Of a stretch of 64,000 nt of DNA, positions 29,970 through 39,419 are shown piece after piece. Source of the DNA: Candidatus Iainarchaeum sp. Lineage in GTDB: Archaea > Iainarchaeota > Iainarchaeia > JAGGVJ01. Position 1 is the stretch's first letter; each line of letters opens with the position of its first letter. The notes below the pieces were generated by a model. The model ran no database searches and was not told the DNA's origin. It was given only the letters and a program-made list of their open reading frames with translations. Made by a program: the position numbers and the translations under genes. Where the stretch lies: positions 1-64,000 of the forward strand of contig JAGGVJ010000019.1 of the NCBI GenBank assembly GCA_021158055.1, in the 5' to 3' direction.

Positions 29970-30467
29970 GTGAAAGCAGTAATTTGTGAAGAGTGTGCAA
30001 GAAGCGGAAATTTCTGCGACAAGTGCATGGAAAAGATTGAAAAAAATGAGGTTTCAGACATTGATATTAGTGTTACCCGTGCACTTTACAAGGCATCGGA
30101 AAGGTTTTTTTTAAAAGATGTCGAGTTTGTCAAGGCATTTGAATTCCCTGATTTTGTAGTGGTGATGGTTGGCGGAAACGTGGGTTCGCTTATTGGGAAA
30201 AGCGGCAGGGTTGTTCATTTGCTTTCCTTGGAGTTTGGCAAGACTGTCCGGGTAATAGAAAAAACCGGTGACTTCAAAAAGATGGTTCAGGACATTTCAG
30301 GCCGCGCGAGGGTTGTTTCTGTTAATGTGCTGTTTAGTGCCGGTGAAGAACTCATTGAAGTCGTGGTTCCTGAAAAAGACAAAAAAAAGCTTTTTGCAGA
30401 CCACGTTCTTCTTGAACAGATGATTGAAGAAATAAGCGGGAAAAAAGTGAGGTTTGTATTTGTTTAA
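29970..30467 (+). CDS. NusA-like KH-domain protein with N-terminal Cys motif
   Basis: CEEC...CDKC; LIGKSGRVV GxxG KH motif; precedes aspS. Confidence 0.8.
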   Translation: MKAVICEECARSGNFCDKCMEKIEKNEVSDIDISVTRALYKASERFFLKDVEFVKAFEFPDFVVVMVGGNVGSLIGKSGRVVHLLSLEFGKTVRVIEKTGDFKKMVQDISGRARVVSVNVLFSAGEELIEVVVPEKDKKKLFADHVLLEQMIEEISGKKVRFVFV

Positions 30468-30582
30468 ATACTGAAAAGTTATTTATGTTGTGCCTGGTAT
30501 TTATATTGTTTAACAGGTCTTTTTGTTGATTTAATTTATTTTTGGCGTTGTGATTGATTTTTTATAATATTTTGAAGGTGAT

Positions 30583-31896
30583 TTGATGTTTATCAGACAG
30601 GATTATGCAGTGGAAGTGACATCCGAAAGGGATGGTCAGGAAGTTGTCGTTGCAGGGTGGGCTCATGAAATCCGTGACCTTGGCGGGATAAAGTTCATTC
30701 TTGTCCGGGACAAGACAGGTATTGTTCAGCTTGCACTGCCAAAGAAAAAAGTTTCTGAAAGCATCTGGAACGTGCAGATATCAAAGGAAGACGTTTTGCA
30801 GGTGAAAGGCGTTGTCAAAAACTCGCCGAATGCCCCGAACGGAGTCGAAGTGATTCCGTCAGAAATCAATGTTTTAAGCAAGGCCGTTTCCCCTCTTCCT
30901 CTTGAAGTCACCGGAAAGGTGGAGTCAGAGTTTGACACGCGTATAAAATCCAGGTTCATGGACCTTAGAAAACCGGACATAGCCGCAATATTCAAGGTCA
31001 GGGATGCTGTTTTGACCGGTGTGCGTGACTTTTTTGAGTCGGAAAAATTCATTGAAATCAACTCGCCGAGAATCATCGGTGCCGGCTCTGAAGGAGGGTC
31101 TGAACTTTTTCCCCTTCCTTATTACGGAAAGGAAGCGTTTCTTGCGCAGTCCCCGCAGCTTTACAAGCAGATAATAATGGCGTCGGGTTTTGACAGGATT
31201 TATGAAATCGGCCCTGTTTTCAGGGCGGAAAAGTTTGACACTACAAGGCACATAAGTGAAATAATCATGGTTGACTCGGAAATGTCTTTTATTGAAGATG
31301 AGTCAGCTGTCATGGATGTTTTAGGCAAGATGCTTGTGTCGGTTCTCCGACACGTGAAGAAGGTCTGCTCAGAAGAACTTGAGCTTCTTGGAATTGAGCT
31401 GGGAATACCCAACTTGCCTCTGCGCCAGGTAACTTATGATGAAGTAATCGCGCTTTTGCAGGAGAACGATGAAAAAATAAGCTGGGGGGAGGACTTGAGT
31501 GATCCCCAGGAAAGAAAGCTTGGCGAGCTCATGGCAAAAGAGGGCTTTGAAGCGTATTTCATAACCAGGTATCCGAGTGACATAAAAGCTTTTTATATCA
31601 TGGAAGATGATTCAAATCCAAAGTATTCAAAGGCCTTTGACCTTGATTACATGGGAATTGAACTTGCTTCCGGGGGCCAGCGTGAACACCGCGTTGACAG
31701 GCTTGTTGAGCGCATAAAGAAAAAAGGCATGAGTCCTGAACAGCTTGGTTTTTACATTGAAGCATTCAAATACGGGATGCCTCCGCACGGCGGGTTCGGA
31801 CTTGGGCTTGACCGCATGGTGCAGCTGATTTTGAGGCTTCCAAACGTAAAAGAGTCTGTTCTTTTCCCAAGGGATATCAAGCGCCTTATCCCTTAA
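30583..31896 (+). CDS. aspS: Aspartate--tRNA ligase, probably non-discriminating (Asp/Asn)
   Basis: GWAHEIRDLGG, LAQSPQLYKQ, FRAE, YGMPPHGGFGLGLDR; His (WAH) and Pro (NAPNG) at positions associated with ND-AspRS. Confidence 0.95.
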   Translation: MMFIRQDYAVEVTSERDGQEVVVAGWAHEIRDLGGIKFILVRDKTGIVQLALPKKKVSESIWNVQISKEDVLQVKGVVKNSPNAPNGVEVIPSEINVLSKAVSPLPLEVTGKVESEFDTRIKSRFMDLRKPDIAAIFKVRDAVLTGVRDFFESEKFIEINSPRIIGAGSEGGSELFPLPYYGKEAFLAQSPQLYKQIIMASGFDRIYEIGPVFRAEKFDTTRHISEIIMVDSEMSFIEDESAVMDVLGKMLVSVLRHVKKVCSEELELLGIELGIPNLPLRQVTYDEVIALLQENDEKISWGEDLSDPQERKLGELMAKEGFEAYFITRYPSDIKAFYIMEDDSNPKYSKAFDLDYMGIELASGGQREHRVDRLVERIKKKGMSPEQLGFYIEAFKYGMPPHGGFGLGLDRMVQLILRLPNVKESVLFPRDIKRLIP

Positions 31897-31931
31897 ACGG
31901 CAAGGCATTTTTTGTTTTTTGCAGAAACATT

Positions 31932-32498
31932 TTAAAGCTTGAATTCCATGTCCACTGCGTTGTGGCTGAAGTAAGCCGTAAAGCTCACCAGAAAAATCAT
32001 TGTGCTAAGCAGCACCATGACTGATTCGTCTGGAGTTGTGCCTGAGTATTCAGCTATTTTTTCAAATGAAAAGTAATAGATTGTAACCGCAACCAGGCTG
32101 TAAATAATTGCCGCGCGTATTGTGTGGGTGAAGCCCCTATGCCTTGGCTTGAACAGCGTGATTGCGACAAAGGTTATCACAAACCCTGCCACAGCAGCAA
32201 CAGCCGCAGTTGCCAGGTCGTCGGTGTGCATTAAGGCTGCTGAAAACAAGGCGATTGCAATCAATACGCACAAAAAGTTTCTTGTCTGCTTGTAGATGTT
32301 TGATCTCCTGTGGTCAATGTCCGGAAGAATGCTTCCGAGAACGGAAAATACAAGGGCAAAAAGTCCTGTTGCGGTGATGAGGGTTGACTCAAAGATGTTT
32401 TCTGTAAGTCCGAGGTCTGACGCAAACATGAAAAGAACCAGTGCAAACATGAAGAAGATCATTATTCCTATGAGTGCATGAACTTTTCCGGACGCCAT
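31932..32498 (-). CDS. Membrane-bound metal-dependent hydrolase (YdjM-like)
   Basis: H at N-terminus, GSILPDIDH, HRGFTH, YFSHNAVD. Confidence 0.85.
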   Translation of the reverse strand: MASGKVHALIGIMIFFMFALVLFMFASDLGLTENIFESTLITATGLFALVFSVLGSILPDIDHRRSNIYKQTRNFLCVLIAIALFSAALMHTDDLATAAVAAVAGFVITFVAITLFKPRHRGFTHTIRAAIIYSLVAVTIYYFSFEKIAEYSGTTPDESVMVLLSTMIFLVSFTAYFSHNAVDMEFKL

Positions 32499-32537
32499 TT
32501 AAAAACAACCCTGTTGTTACTTTGTTTGTTTTTGTTT

Positions 32538-32981
32538 TTAATTGTTTTCGAGTTTTTTGAGGCACTCAAGGAGTGCCGGGTGAACGGATGTCGTGAAGTG
32601 GTCAGTCACTTTTGTTGGTTTCACCCACTTTGTCTCTTTGAATTTCTCCCCGGCTTTTTCAGTCCCGCTTGTTGGTTCGCACAAGAAGTAAATTGAAAGA
32701 AACTCCCGTTTTTCAGGGTATGTTTTTGCAAAAACGACATTGTTTATTTGTATCTCAAGGCCTGTTTTCTTTTTTACTTCGCGCTTTAAGTAAAACTCAA
32801 GTCCTTTTTCATATCCTGGTCTTCCGCCCGGAAATGTCCAGGAAAGCTCTTTTATGAACGGGTCGTTTTCGCGTTTTCCAATGAGTATTTTTTTGGTTTT
32901 TTTGTCAAATATTATTGCAAGCACGTTTACAAGAAATGCTCCCCTGTCAAACTGCGCGAAATCAACGTTTGTTTTGTCCAT
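32538..32981 (-). CDS. NUDIX hydrolase
   Basis: WTFPGG...LKREVKKKTGL (degenerate Nudix box). Confidence 0.8.
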   Translation of the reverse strand: MDKTNVDFAQFDRGAFLVNVLAIIFDKKTKKILIGKRENDPFIKELSWTFPGGRPGYEKGLEFYLKREVKKKTGLEIQINNVVFAKTYPEKREFLSIYFLCEPTSGTEKAGEKFKETKWVKPTKVTDHFTTSVHPALLECLKKLENN

Positions 32982-33198
32982 GGATTAATTGTGATTTAAG
33001 CCACATAAATTCTTTTTCAAAAATCAGGGGAAAAATTCCCAAAGATTAACCGGGTTTTATTCCTTTTTTTGGCCAAATAATACCGGAAGTGTGGGGGGTG
33101 GTATTTTTGGATTTCAACCGGGTTTAATATTTGATTTCAGAAGAATTTAGACAGCTAAAGCTGATAATAAGTGGAATTAAAAGAATTTAATTTTTTAA

Positions 33199-33247
33199 GC
33201 GAAGAAGTGCAGAATCGGGGGGCGATTCTGCGGGGGGATTTCTTCGC
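33199..33247 (-). terminator. Nested hairpin downstream of the orphan wHTH gene
   Basis: GCGAAGAA/TTCTTCGC outer arms and GCAGAATCG/CGATTCTGC inner arms. Confidence 0.55.
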
Positions 33248-33264
33248 CTTGGTCATTTGACCGG

Positions 33265-33777
33265 TCACCGAACGCCTTTTTGGGGGGATGGAATAAAATA
33301 GAATACTTTTTTTCCAAACCGTTCTTTGGTGAGTAGGAATTGGGCGGAAAGCTTGTTCAGTCGTGCGCAGGCGGCGTTTGTTCCTTTATAGCCAAGCGCC
33401 ATCTGAACTTCCTTTGCTTCTACACGCCCTTTTTTCCTTGCTATGGCAAGGATTGCCTTGTCCTGTTCGGGCAAAAGTTCAACAAGCAATGTGTTGTCCC
33501 TTGCTTCTTCTGCTTTTTTTGAGTATTCACTCGTGTTGGTTTTTGAATTCTGCGTCACGGTGTTGATTTGTGCTTCGAGTTCGTGTATCCTTTCTTCAAG
33601 CAACATCAACTGATCTATTTTTGCATTGAGTTCTTTCAAGATCAGGTTTGTTGACGCTCGTTCCTCTGCCAATCTAAAGAGAAGCGACCCGATATAGACA
33701 GGGTTTTCAAATTTTTCCATATCAGACCTAACATCACTTGTAAGGTCCTCATATTTTTTTTCGTGATGATTTTTCAT
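33265..33777 (-). CDS. Hypothetical coiled-coil + C-terminal winged-helix protein
   Basis: Heptad region, then LPEQDKAIL...AKEVQMALGY...ACARLNKL...KERFGKKVFY. Confidence 0.7.
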   Translation of the reverse strand: MKNHHEKKYEDLTSDVRSDMEKFENPVYIGSLLFRLAEERASTNLILKELNAKIDQLMLLEERIHELEAQINTVTQNSKTNTSEYSKKAEEARDNTLLVELLPEQDKAILAIARKKGRVEAKEVQMALGYKGTNAACARLNKLSAQFLLTKERFGKKVFYFIPSPQKGVR

Positions 33778-33955
33778 TCATTCACCGAAACGTTTATGAA
33801 TGGCATTTCACTTTGTTGTATTCAGTTTTGTGCATTCACGACCTAAAATTGTAAGGCATTTGACTGCAACTGACCATCATGATTAACACGGGTTGAGCCC
33901 GTGATTGTGTCATGACCGTTCACAAACATATCATGATAGTATCATGACATATAAA
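33761..33955. promoter_or_regulatory. Helically phased TCATGA-like hexamer array next to the TATA box of the wHTH gene
   Basis: TCATGA at 33877, 33910, 33931, 33942; variants at 33761, 33794, 33836, 33899, 33920. Confidence 0.5.
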
Positions 33956-34028
33956 AAGGTTTCTGTCTTTTAAATTCTGATTTTTTTTGTGGCTTATTTG
34001 CTGAAAGGTTGAAAAACCGGCGGGTAAG

Positions 34029-34488
34029 CTAGATTTTTTTCAGGGATGTTTCACTGATAACATTAAAACCCATTTTTTCGTAAAACTGTCTGGCGTTTTT
34101 GTTTGCTTTATAGTAGTTTACTGAAATTGATCTGCGGTTTTTTTCTTTGAACTGTTTTGTAAGTTCTGTCATTAATTTTTTGCCAACGCCTTTTTTATGG
34201 TATTCTTTTTTTATGTAGATGTCAAAATTGCCTTTTTTCTGGTTGACTCCTTTTTGACTTTCGCCTACTGCAAAACCCACTAAGTTTTCATTTGTTTTTG
34301 CAACCAGCACAGTGATGTTGTCTGAGTGCAGATACCGGGTAATTTCTGCGGTGGTTTTCTTTTTTTTCATAATCTGCCAAAATATCCCTGATTTTTTTGC
34401 CATGCAGGGAAATTTCAAACTCTCTTAAATCATCATACATTTTTTTAATGGATTTTACATCAGACCTTTTTGCTTTTCGTATTTTCAT
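34029..34488 (-). pseudogene. GNAT acetyltransferase split by a frameshift at an A8 run
   Basis: N-part MKIRKAK... (34288-34488) and C-part with KKGVGKKL and ARQFYEKMGF in another frame; deleting one A at 34360-34367 fuses them. Confidence 0.8.
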
Positions 34489-34554
34489 AAGGGCCAGCTT
34501 TTAAATATCTTTATAACTGCAACATTTTTATAAGTTGTCTTCCATTCACCTGTT

Positions 34555-34839
34555 ATGGAACAAAAATCACTTACTGTAGTTTTGGTTTTCCTGGCGGTAT
34601 TGATTGTCGGTTCGGCTGCGTGTTATCTCGGATATCTTGATGCCGGCACACCAAAAGAAAGTCCGGCTTCGGGTGGGGCTTCGGAAGAAGAATGCGGCCG
34701 GTATTCTGAACTTGAATGCCCGTCAGCTTGTGCTGTGTGCCCGCCGTGCAAGGCATGCAGTTCTATATCCTGCCATTCAGTTGACTTCTGCGAAGAGATC
34801 GGATTTTCAAAGGACTGGTATCAAAGCCTTGCCGATTAG
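34555..34839 (+). CDS. Small Cys-rich membrane-anchored protein
   Basis: TM then C..CPSACAVCPPCKACSSISCH..FC. Confidence 0.7.
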   Translation: MEQKSLTVVLVFLAVLIVGSAACYLGYLDAGTPKESPASGGASEEECGRYSELECPSACAVCPPCKACSSISCHSVDFCEEIGFSKDWYQSLAD

Positions 34840-34987
34840 CTAATTTTAGAACAGTGGCGGGTCTAAGAAAAATTTTATGATTCCGGGGTGTTTGTTTATT
34901 GCGCGGAAAAATAAGGCAAAGTGATTCGCGTCAGGGCAAGACAATAGTTTGGGGACGTTTTTTAAAGCCGGCTTCTTTAATTAAAGC

Positions 34988-35713
34988 ATGGGAAATGAGT
35001 TGTTGTACACGGATCTTGCAAACTATTACAATTTGATCTATTCGCACAAGGACTACAAAAAAGAAGCAGTCAAGGTAAAAAAGTTGATTTTAAAGTACAA
35101 AAAGTCAGGCGGGTCTGACTTGCTTGAAGTCGGGTGCGGTGCAGGAAAACACCTGGATTTTTTTAAGGACAGTTTTTGTTGCACTGGAATTGACTTGAAC
35201 AAGGGGATTCTTTCCGTTGCAAAGAAAAATGTAGAGGGAGTTGTCTTTAAACAAGGCAACATGATTGATTTTGATCTGAAGAAAAACTTTGATGCAATCA
35301 CCTGCCTGTTTAGTGGGATTGGTTACGTGAAAACGTATTCAAACCTGAAAAAAACAATTAAAAACTTCTCAAGGCACTTGAAACCGGGTGGAGTGATGAT
35401 AATTGAGCCGTGGTTTTCCAGGTCGGCGTTTAAGCAGGGTTCGGTTCACCTGACTGTTTGTGACAGGGAAGAAAACATAAAAATAGCCAGGTTAAGTGTT
35501 TCAAAGGTAAAGGGAAACATTTCAGTTGTTGACATGCATTATCTTGTTGGCGAAAAAGGAAAGGGAGTAAGGCATTTCGTGGACCGGCACGAACTTGGAT
35601 TGTTTGAGGTTGACAAGATTTTGGATTGCATGGAAAAAGCAGGGTTGAAGGCAAAGTTCCTGAAAAACGGTTTAACGAAAGACAGGGGTCTTTTCATTGG
35701 AGTAAAAAAGTGA
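34988..35713 (+). CDS. Class I SAM-dependent methyltransferase (TylM1/DesVI-like)
   Basis: LLEVGCGAGKH, FDAITCLFS, HLKPGGVMIIEPW. Confidence 0.85.
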   Translation: MGNELLYTDLANYYNLIYSHKDYKKEAVKVKKLILKYKKSGGSDLLEVGCGAGKHLDFFKDSFCCTGIDLNKGILSVAKKNVEGVVFKQGNMIDFDLKKNFDAITCLFSGIGYVKTYSNLKKTIKNFSRHLKPGGVMIIEPWFSRSAFKQGSVHLTVCDREENIKIARLSVSKVKGNISVVDMHYLVGEKGKGVRHFVDRHELGLFEVDKILDCMEKAGLKAKFLKNGLTKDRGLFIGVKK

Positions 35714-35789
35714 GATGTTTAAAGGTTTCTGTTGAGTCATGATTGTTCTTTTTGAATAGTTATTTAACCTATTTTCACTTATACGTATC

Positions 35790-36944
35790 ATGGCAAATTA
35801 TTCGCATTCGCGGCTTTCCACGTTTGAGCAGTGCAGGTACAGGTACAAGCTTCAGTACATTGACAGGGTAAAAGTGGATGTCCCGACGACAGTCGAGGCT
35901 TTTTTGGGCGATCTGGTTCACAGGGCGCTTGAAAAGCTTTACGTTGACCTTGGCTTTCAAAAGATGAATTCGGAAAAAGAGATTCTTTCTTTTTACGACA
36001 ATCTTTGGGATCGGGAGTGGACAGACAGTATCCTCATAGTGAAAAATGAGTACAGGGCTGAAAACTACAAAAAGATGGGCCAAAACTATATTTCTGATTA
36101 CTACACTCACTATCACCCGTTTGACCAGATGACTGTTATCGGCATTGAAACCCAGGACATGCTCACTCTCCCTGACGGGAACAAGTACCATGTGAGGATT
36201 GACCGGCTCGGGTGCAGGGGGAGCACTTATTTTGTCTGCGACTACAAAACCAACTCGCGCATGAAAAACAAGGCAGAATTAGATGAGGACAGGCAGCTTG
36301 CGATGTACTCTCTCTGGGTTAAAAACATGTTTCCTGATGCAAAAAAAGTGGTTCTCTTGTGGCACATGCTTGCCTTTGACAAGGAAGCAGTTTCTGAAAG
36401 GACGGAAGAGCAGCTTGAAAAACTCCAGCAGGACACAATGAAGATCATAAGCGAACTTGAATCATGCACGGAATTTCCAACCAGCGTAAGCGGGCTTTGC
36501 AAATACTGCTCTTACAAAAAAATTTGCCCTTCTTTCAGCCACAAGGTTGAGCTTGAAGAGAAAATGCTCAAAAAATTCAAGGAAGACGACGGCGTAAAAC
36601 TAGTCGACGAATACTCAAAGCTTTTGGCTGAAAAAAACATGATTGAAAACAAGGCAGGAGAAGTCAAAGCAGATCTTGTTGAATTTGCAAGGCAAAAAGA
36701 GATTGATATGGTTTACGGGAGCAACGAAAAAGCTTCAGTCAAAGAATACAAAAAAATTGTGTACCCGCAGGACAAGGAAAAGATCACAAGAGTGCTGAAG
36801 GAAAAAGGTTTGTATGACGAAAACTCAATGGTTTGCTATTCAAAGCTGAATTCAAAAATACTCAAAAACGATATTGACAAGCAGATAATCGGCATGGTTG
36901 AAGAAGAAAAGGACTACAGGGTTTCACTCTCGAAAAAACCGTGA
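35790..36944 (+). CDS. PD-(D/E)XK nuclease (RecB/Cas4-like with Fe-S staple) with C-terminal coiled coil
   Basis: YSHSRLSTFEQC, IDRL, DYKT, QLAMY, CKYCSYKKIC. Confidence 0.85.
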   Translation: MANYSHSRLSTFEQCRYRYKLQYIDRVKVDVPTTVEAFLGDLVHRALEKLYVDLGFQKMNSEKEILSFYDNLWDREWTDSILIVKNEYRAENYKKMGQNYISDYYTHYHPFDQMTVIGIETQDMLTLPDGNKYHVRIDRLGCRGSTYFVCDYKTNSRMKNKAELDEDRQLAMYSLWVKNMFPDAKKVVLLWHMLAFDKEAVSERTEEQLEKLQQDTMKIISELESCTEFPTSVSGLCKYCSYKKICPSFSHKVELEEKMLKKFKEDDGVKLVDEYSKLLAEKNMIENKAGEVKADLVEFARQKEIDMVYGSNEKASVKEYKKIVYPQDKEKITRVLKEKGLYDENSMVCYSKLNSKILKNDIDKQIIGMVEEEKDYRVSLSKKP

Positions 36945-36962
36945 TTTTTCTGCTTTTAACAG

Positions 36963-37268
36963 TTATATTTTTGATATATAAAATTCCAAAACTTTTTTTG
37001 CAGCTTCAAGTTCTTCTTTTCCTTGCGCGGTTATGGTGTAGTAGACAAATTTTCCTTTTTTTTGCGGTTTTACGTAACCGCTTCTTTTCAGCAGGTAAAG
37101 GACTTTGTATGCGGTTACGTTTCCGTACACAAACCCAAACCTTTCAGTTATCAGTGACCTGAGCTCGCTTCCTGATTTTTTTCCTTTGTGTTGAAGCAGG
37201 CTTAATATGAAGAGCCACAGGTTTTCCTTTTCAATCTTTTTTTTCAGCCTTTCAGACGGTTTTTGCAT
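36963..37268 (-). CDS. PadR family transcriptional regulator
   Basis: LWLFILSLL, TAYKVLYLLKRSGYV, YYTITAQGKEEL. Confidence 0.85.
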   Translation of the reverse strand: MQKPSERLKKKIEKENLWLFILSLLQHKGKKSGSELRSLITERFGFVYGNVTAYKVLYLLKRSGYVKPQKKGKFVYYTITAQGKEELEAAKKVLEFYISKI

Positions 37269-37316
37269 ACAATCACGTAAGGTATGTATATCCGATAACT
37301 ATAAATAAAGATAGGT

Positions 37317-37354
37317 TGTTTTACAATATAGTAAATTTACTATACTGTAAAACA
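37317..37354. promoter_or_regulatory. 38-bp near-perfect palindrome between divergent padR and ino1
   Basis: TGTTTTACAATATAGTAAA|TTTACTATACTGTAAAACA, one mismatch. Confidence 0.7.
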
Positions 37355-37374
37355 TAATTTTGCTGGTGATTTTT

Positions 37375-38478
37375 TTGGAAAAGATAAGAATAGCAATTGC
37401 AGGAATTGGAAACTGTGCGAGTTCTTTGATTCAGGGAATTTATTATTACAAAGACAAGAATGAAAAAGATGCAATTGGCCTCATGCACTGGGATATTGGA
37501 GGTTTCACGCCTTGTGATATTGAGGTTGTTGCTGCTTTTGACATTGACAAAAGAAAAGTGGGAAAGGAAGTTAACGAGGCGGTGTTTGAGTTTCCAAACA
37601 ACACAACGGTTTTCTGCAAAGACCTGCCCAGGACAGGGGTCATGGTCAAAATGGGAAAACTGCTGGATGGTTTTTCAAGCCACATGCAGGACTTTGATGA
37701 AAAGTACAGGTTTGTTTTGTCAGGTGAAAAAGAATCCACAAAAGAAGAAGTTGTGCGCGGGTTAAAGGACTCAAAAGCAGAGGTTTTTTTGAATTATCTT
37801 CCAGTGGGCTCTGAAGAGGCTGTAAAGTTTTACGCCGAGTGTGCCCTTGAAGCGGGGGTTGGTTTCATAAATAATATGCCTGTTTTCATTGCAAGCAAGG
37901 GTGATTGGGCGCAGAGATTCAAGGAAAAAGGAATTCCGATTATCGGCGATGACATCAAGGCGCAGCTTGGGGCCACGATTACTCACAGGACTTTGACTGA
38001 CCTTTTCAGGAAAAGAGGTGTGAAGCTTGAGCGCACTTACCAGTTAAACACCGGCGGGAACACTGATTTTTTGAACATGCTTAACAGGTCAAGGCTTGAA
38101 TCAAAAAAAGAGTCAAAGACAGAGGCAGTGCAGGCTGTTATTGGCGAGAGGCTTGACCCTGAAAATATTCACATCGGCCCAAGCGATTACGTGCCATGGC
38201 AAAAAGACAACAAGCTTTGTTTTATCCGTATGGAAGGGAAACTTTTTGGAGATGTGCCGATGAATATTGAATTAAGGCTTTCTGTTGAGGACTCGCCGAA
38301 TTCAGCAGGCGTTGTAATAGATGCAATAAGGTGCTGCAAGCTTGCGCTTTTAAGAGAGGCTGGTGGTGTTTTGGAGTCTCCTTCGTCGTATTTCATGAAA
38401 CACCCGCCAAAGCAGTTTTCTGACGATGAAGCCTGCAAAAGGACAAACGAGTTTATTGAAGGAAAAAGGGAAATCTGA
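37375..38478 (+). CDS. ino1: myo-inositol-1-phosphate synthase
   Basis: GIGNCASSL, NYLPVGS, GDDIKAQLGAT, QLNTGGNTDF, SKKESKT, VEDSPNSAG. Confidence 0.95.
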   Translation: MEKIRIAIAGIGNCASSLIQGIYYYKDKNEKDAIGLMHWDIGGFTPCDIEVVAAFDIDKRKVGKEVNEAVFEFPNNTTVFCKDLPRTGVMVKMGKLLDGFSSHMQDFDEKYRFVLSGEKESTKEEVVRGLKDSKAEVFLNYLPVGSEEAVKFYAECALEAGVGFINNMPVFIASKGDWAQRFKEKGIPIIGDDIKAQLGATITHRTLTDLFRKRGVKLERTYQLNTGGNTDFLNMLNRSRLESKKESKTEAVQAVIGERLDPENIHIGPSDYVPWQKDNKLCFIRMEGKLFGDVPMNIELRLSVEDSPNSAGVVIDAIRCCKLALLREAGGVLESPSSYFMKHPPKQFSDDEACKRTNEFIEGKREI

Positions 38479-38729
38479 CGAAAAACAGATTTTGCATAGG
38501 CAAAGTTTTATATGTGAAAGTTGGCATAGGTGCTTATGGGTTTTCGTTTTATTGTGTTGACTTTGCCATTGGTTTTAGTTGCATTTAGGTTGAGATAAAC
38601 TGGAGATGCACGGTGTGTTATAGCTGGTTTCTGGAAAAAATAGCTGTGGCTGTTGTTATTGTTTTATTTGCAGGTTATCAGAATGATTAATTTGTGGGTT
38701 TGCGGTATTTGCGGGTTTGCGGTATTGTG

Positions 38730-39313
38730 ATGGATTTTCAGGAATTGGCCGAGGTATTAAGTGTTTTGGAAGAGATGAAAGTTCCGTATTATATTCACGC
38801 GGGTATCGCTTTATCGCTTCACGGCATGGACGGTGAGTTGGATGACTGTGATATATGGATTTTTCATCATGACATAAGGCAGTTTTACAAAACATTTAAA
38901 GATTATTTCCCGGGAAAAGTGCGGTTAAGAAGTCCTGTTGCGTATTCCCGGGGAATTTATAACAATTATTGCGTGTTGTTTTCAGGCGACATGAAAATAG
39001 ATATTTGTGCGGAGATGGTGGCTGATTGTGACATTGGCATGTTTGAATTCCCGCTTGATGAATCTGCTTTTAAGGATGCTGATTTTTTTGACTGCGGGTC
39101 GTTGAACCTGCCTGTCGCTTCAATAGAAAATCTTTTTCTTTACTATCTTGTGTTGAGGCGGACAAAGTATCATGACGAAAAAAAAGATGAGTTTCACGTG
39201 AAAGAAATGTTGGGCAGTGGAAAGTTTGATGAAAAAAATTCATGAACATAGTTGAAGCTCATTGTTTGGCTGATAATGTGCTGGCTCTTTACAGGGACCG
39301 GATTCAGAAATGA
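38730..39313 (+). CDS. Nucleotidyltransferase-like protein, possibly frameshifted near the C-terminus
   Basis: YYIHAGIALSLHG..ELDDCDIW (DxD), KIDI, LPVASIE; ORF stops at 39245, but adding one A to the A7 run at 39232-39238 extends it to 39313. Confidence 0.55.
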
Positions 39314-39419
39314 TAAAAATTAGCTGTATTTTTAAATGGAGTGAAATATATTATTGATGTATAACGTGGTTTTTTATATTTTTCAAGGCAAAAGCAGTTG
39401 ATTGTGATATTGTGATATT

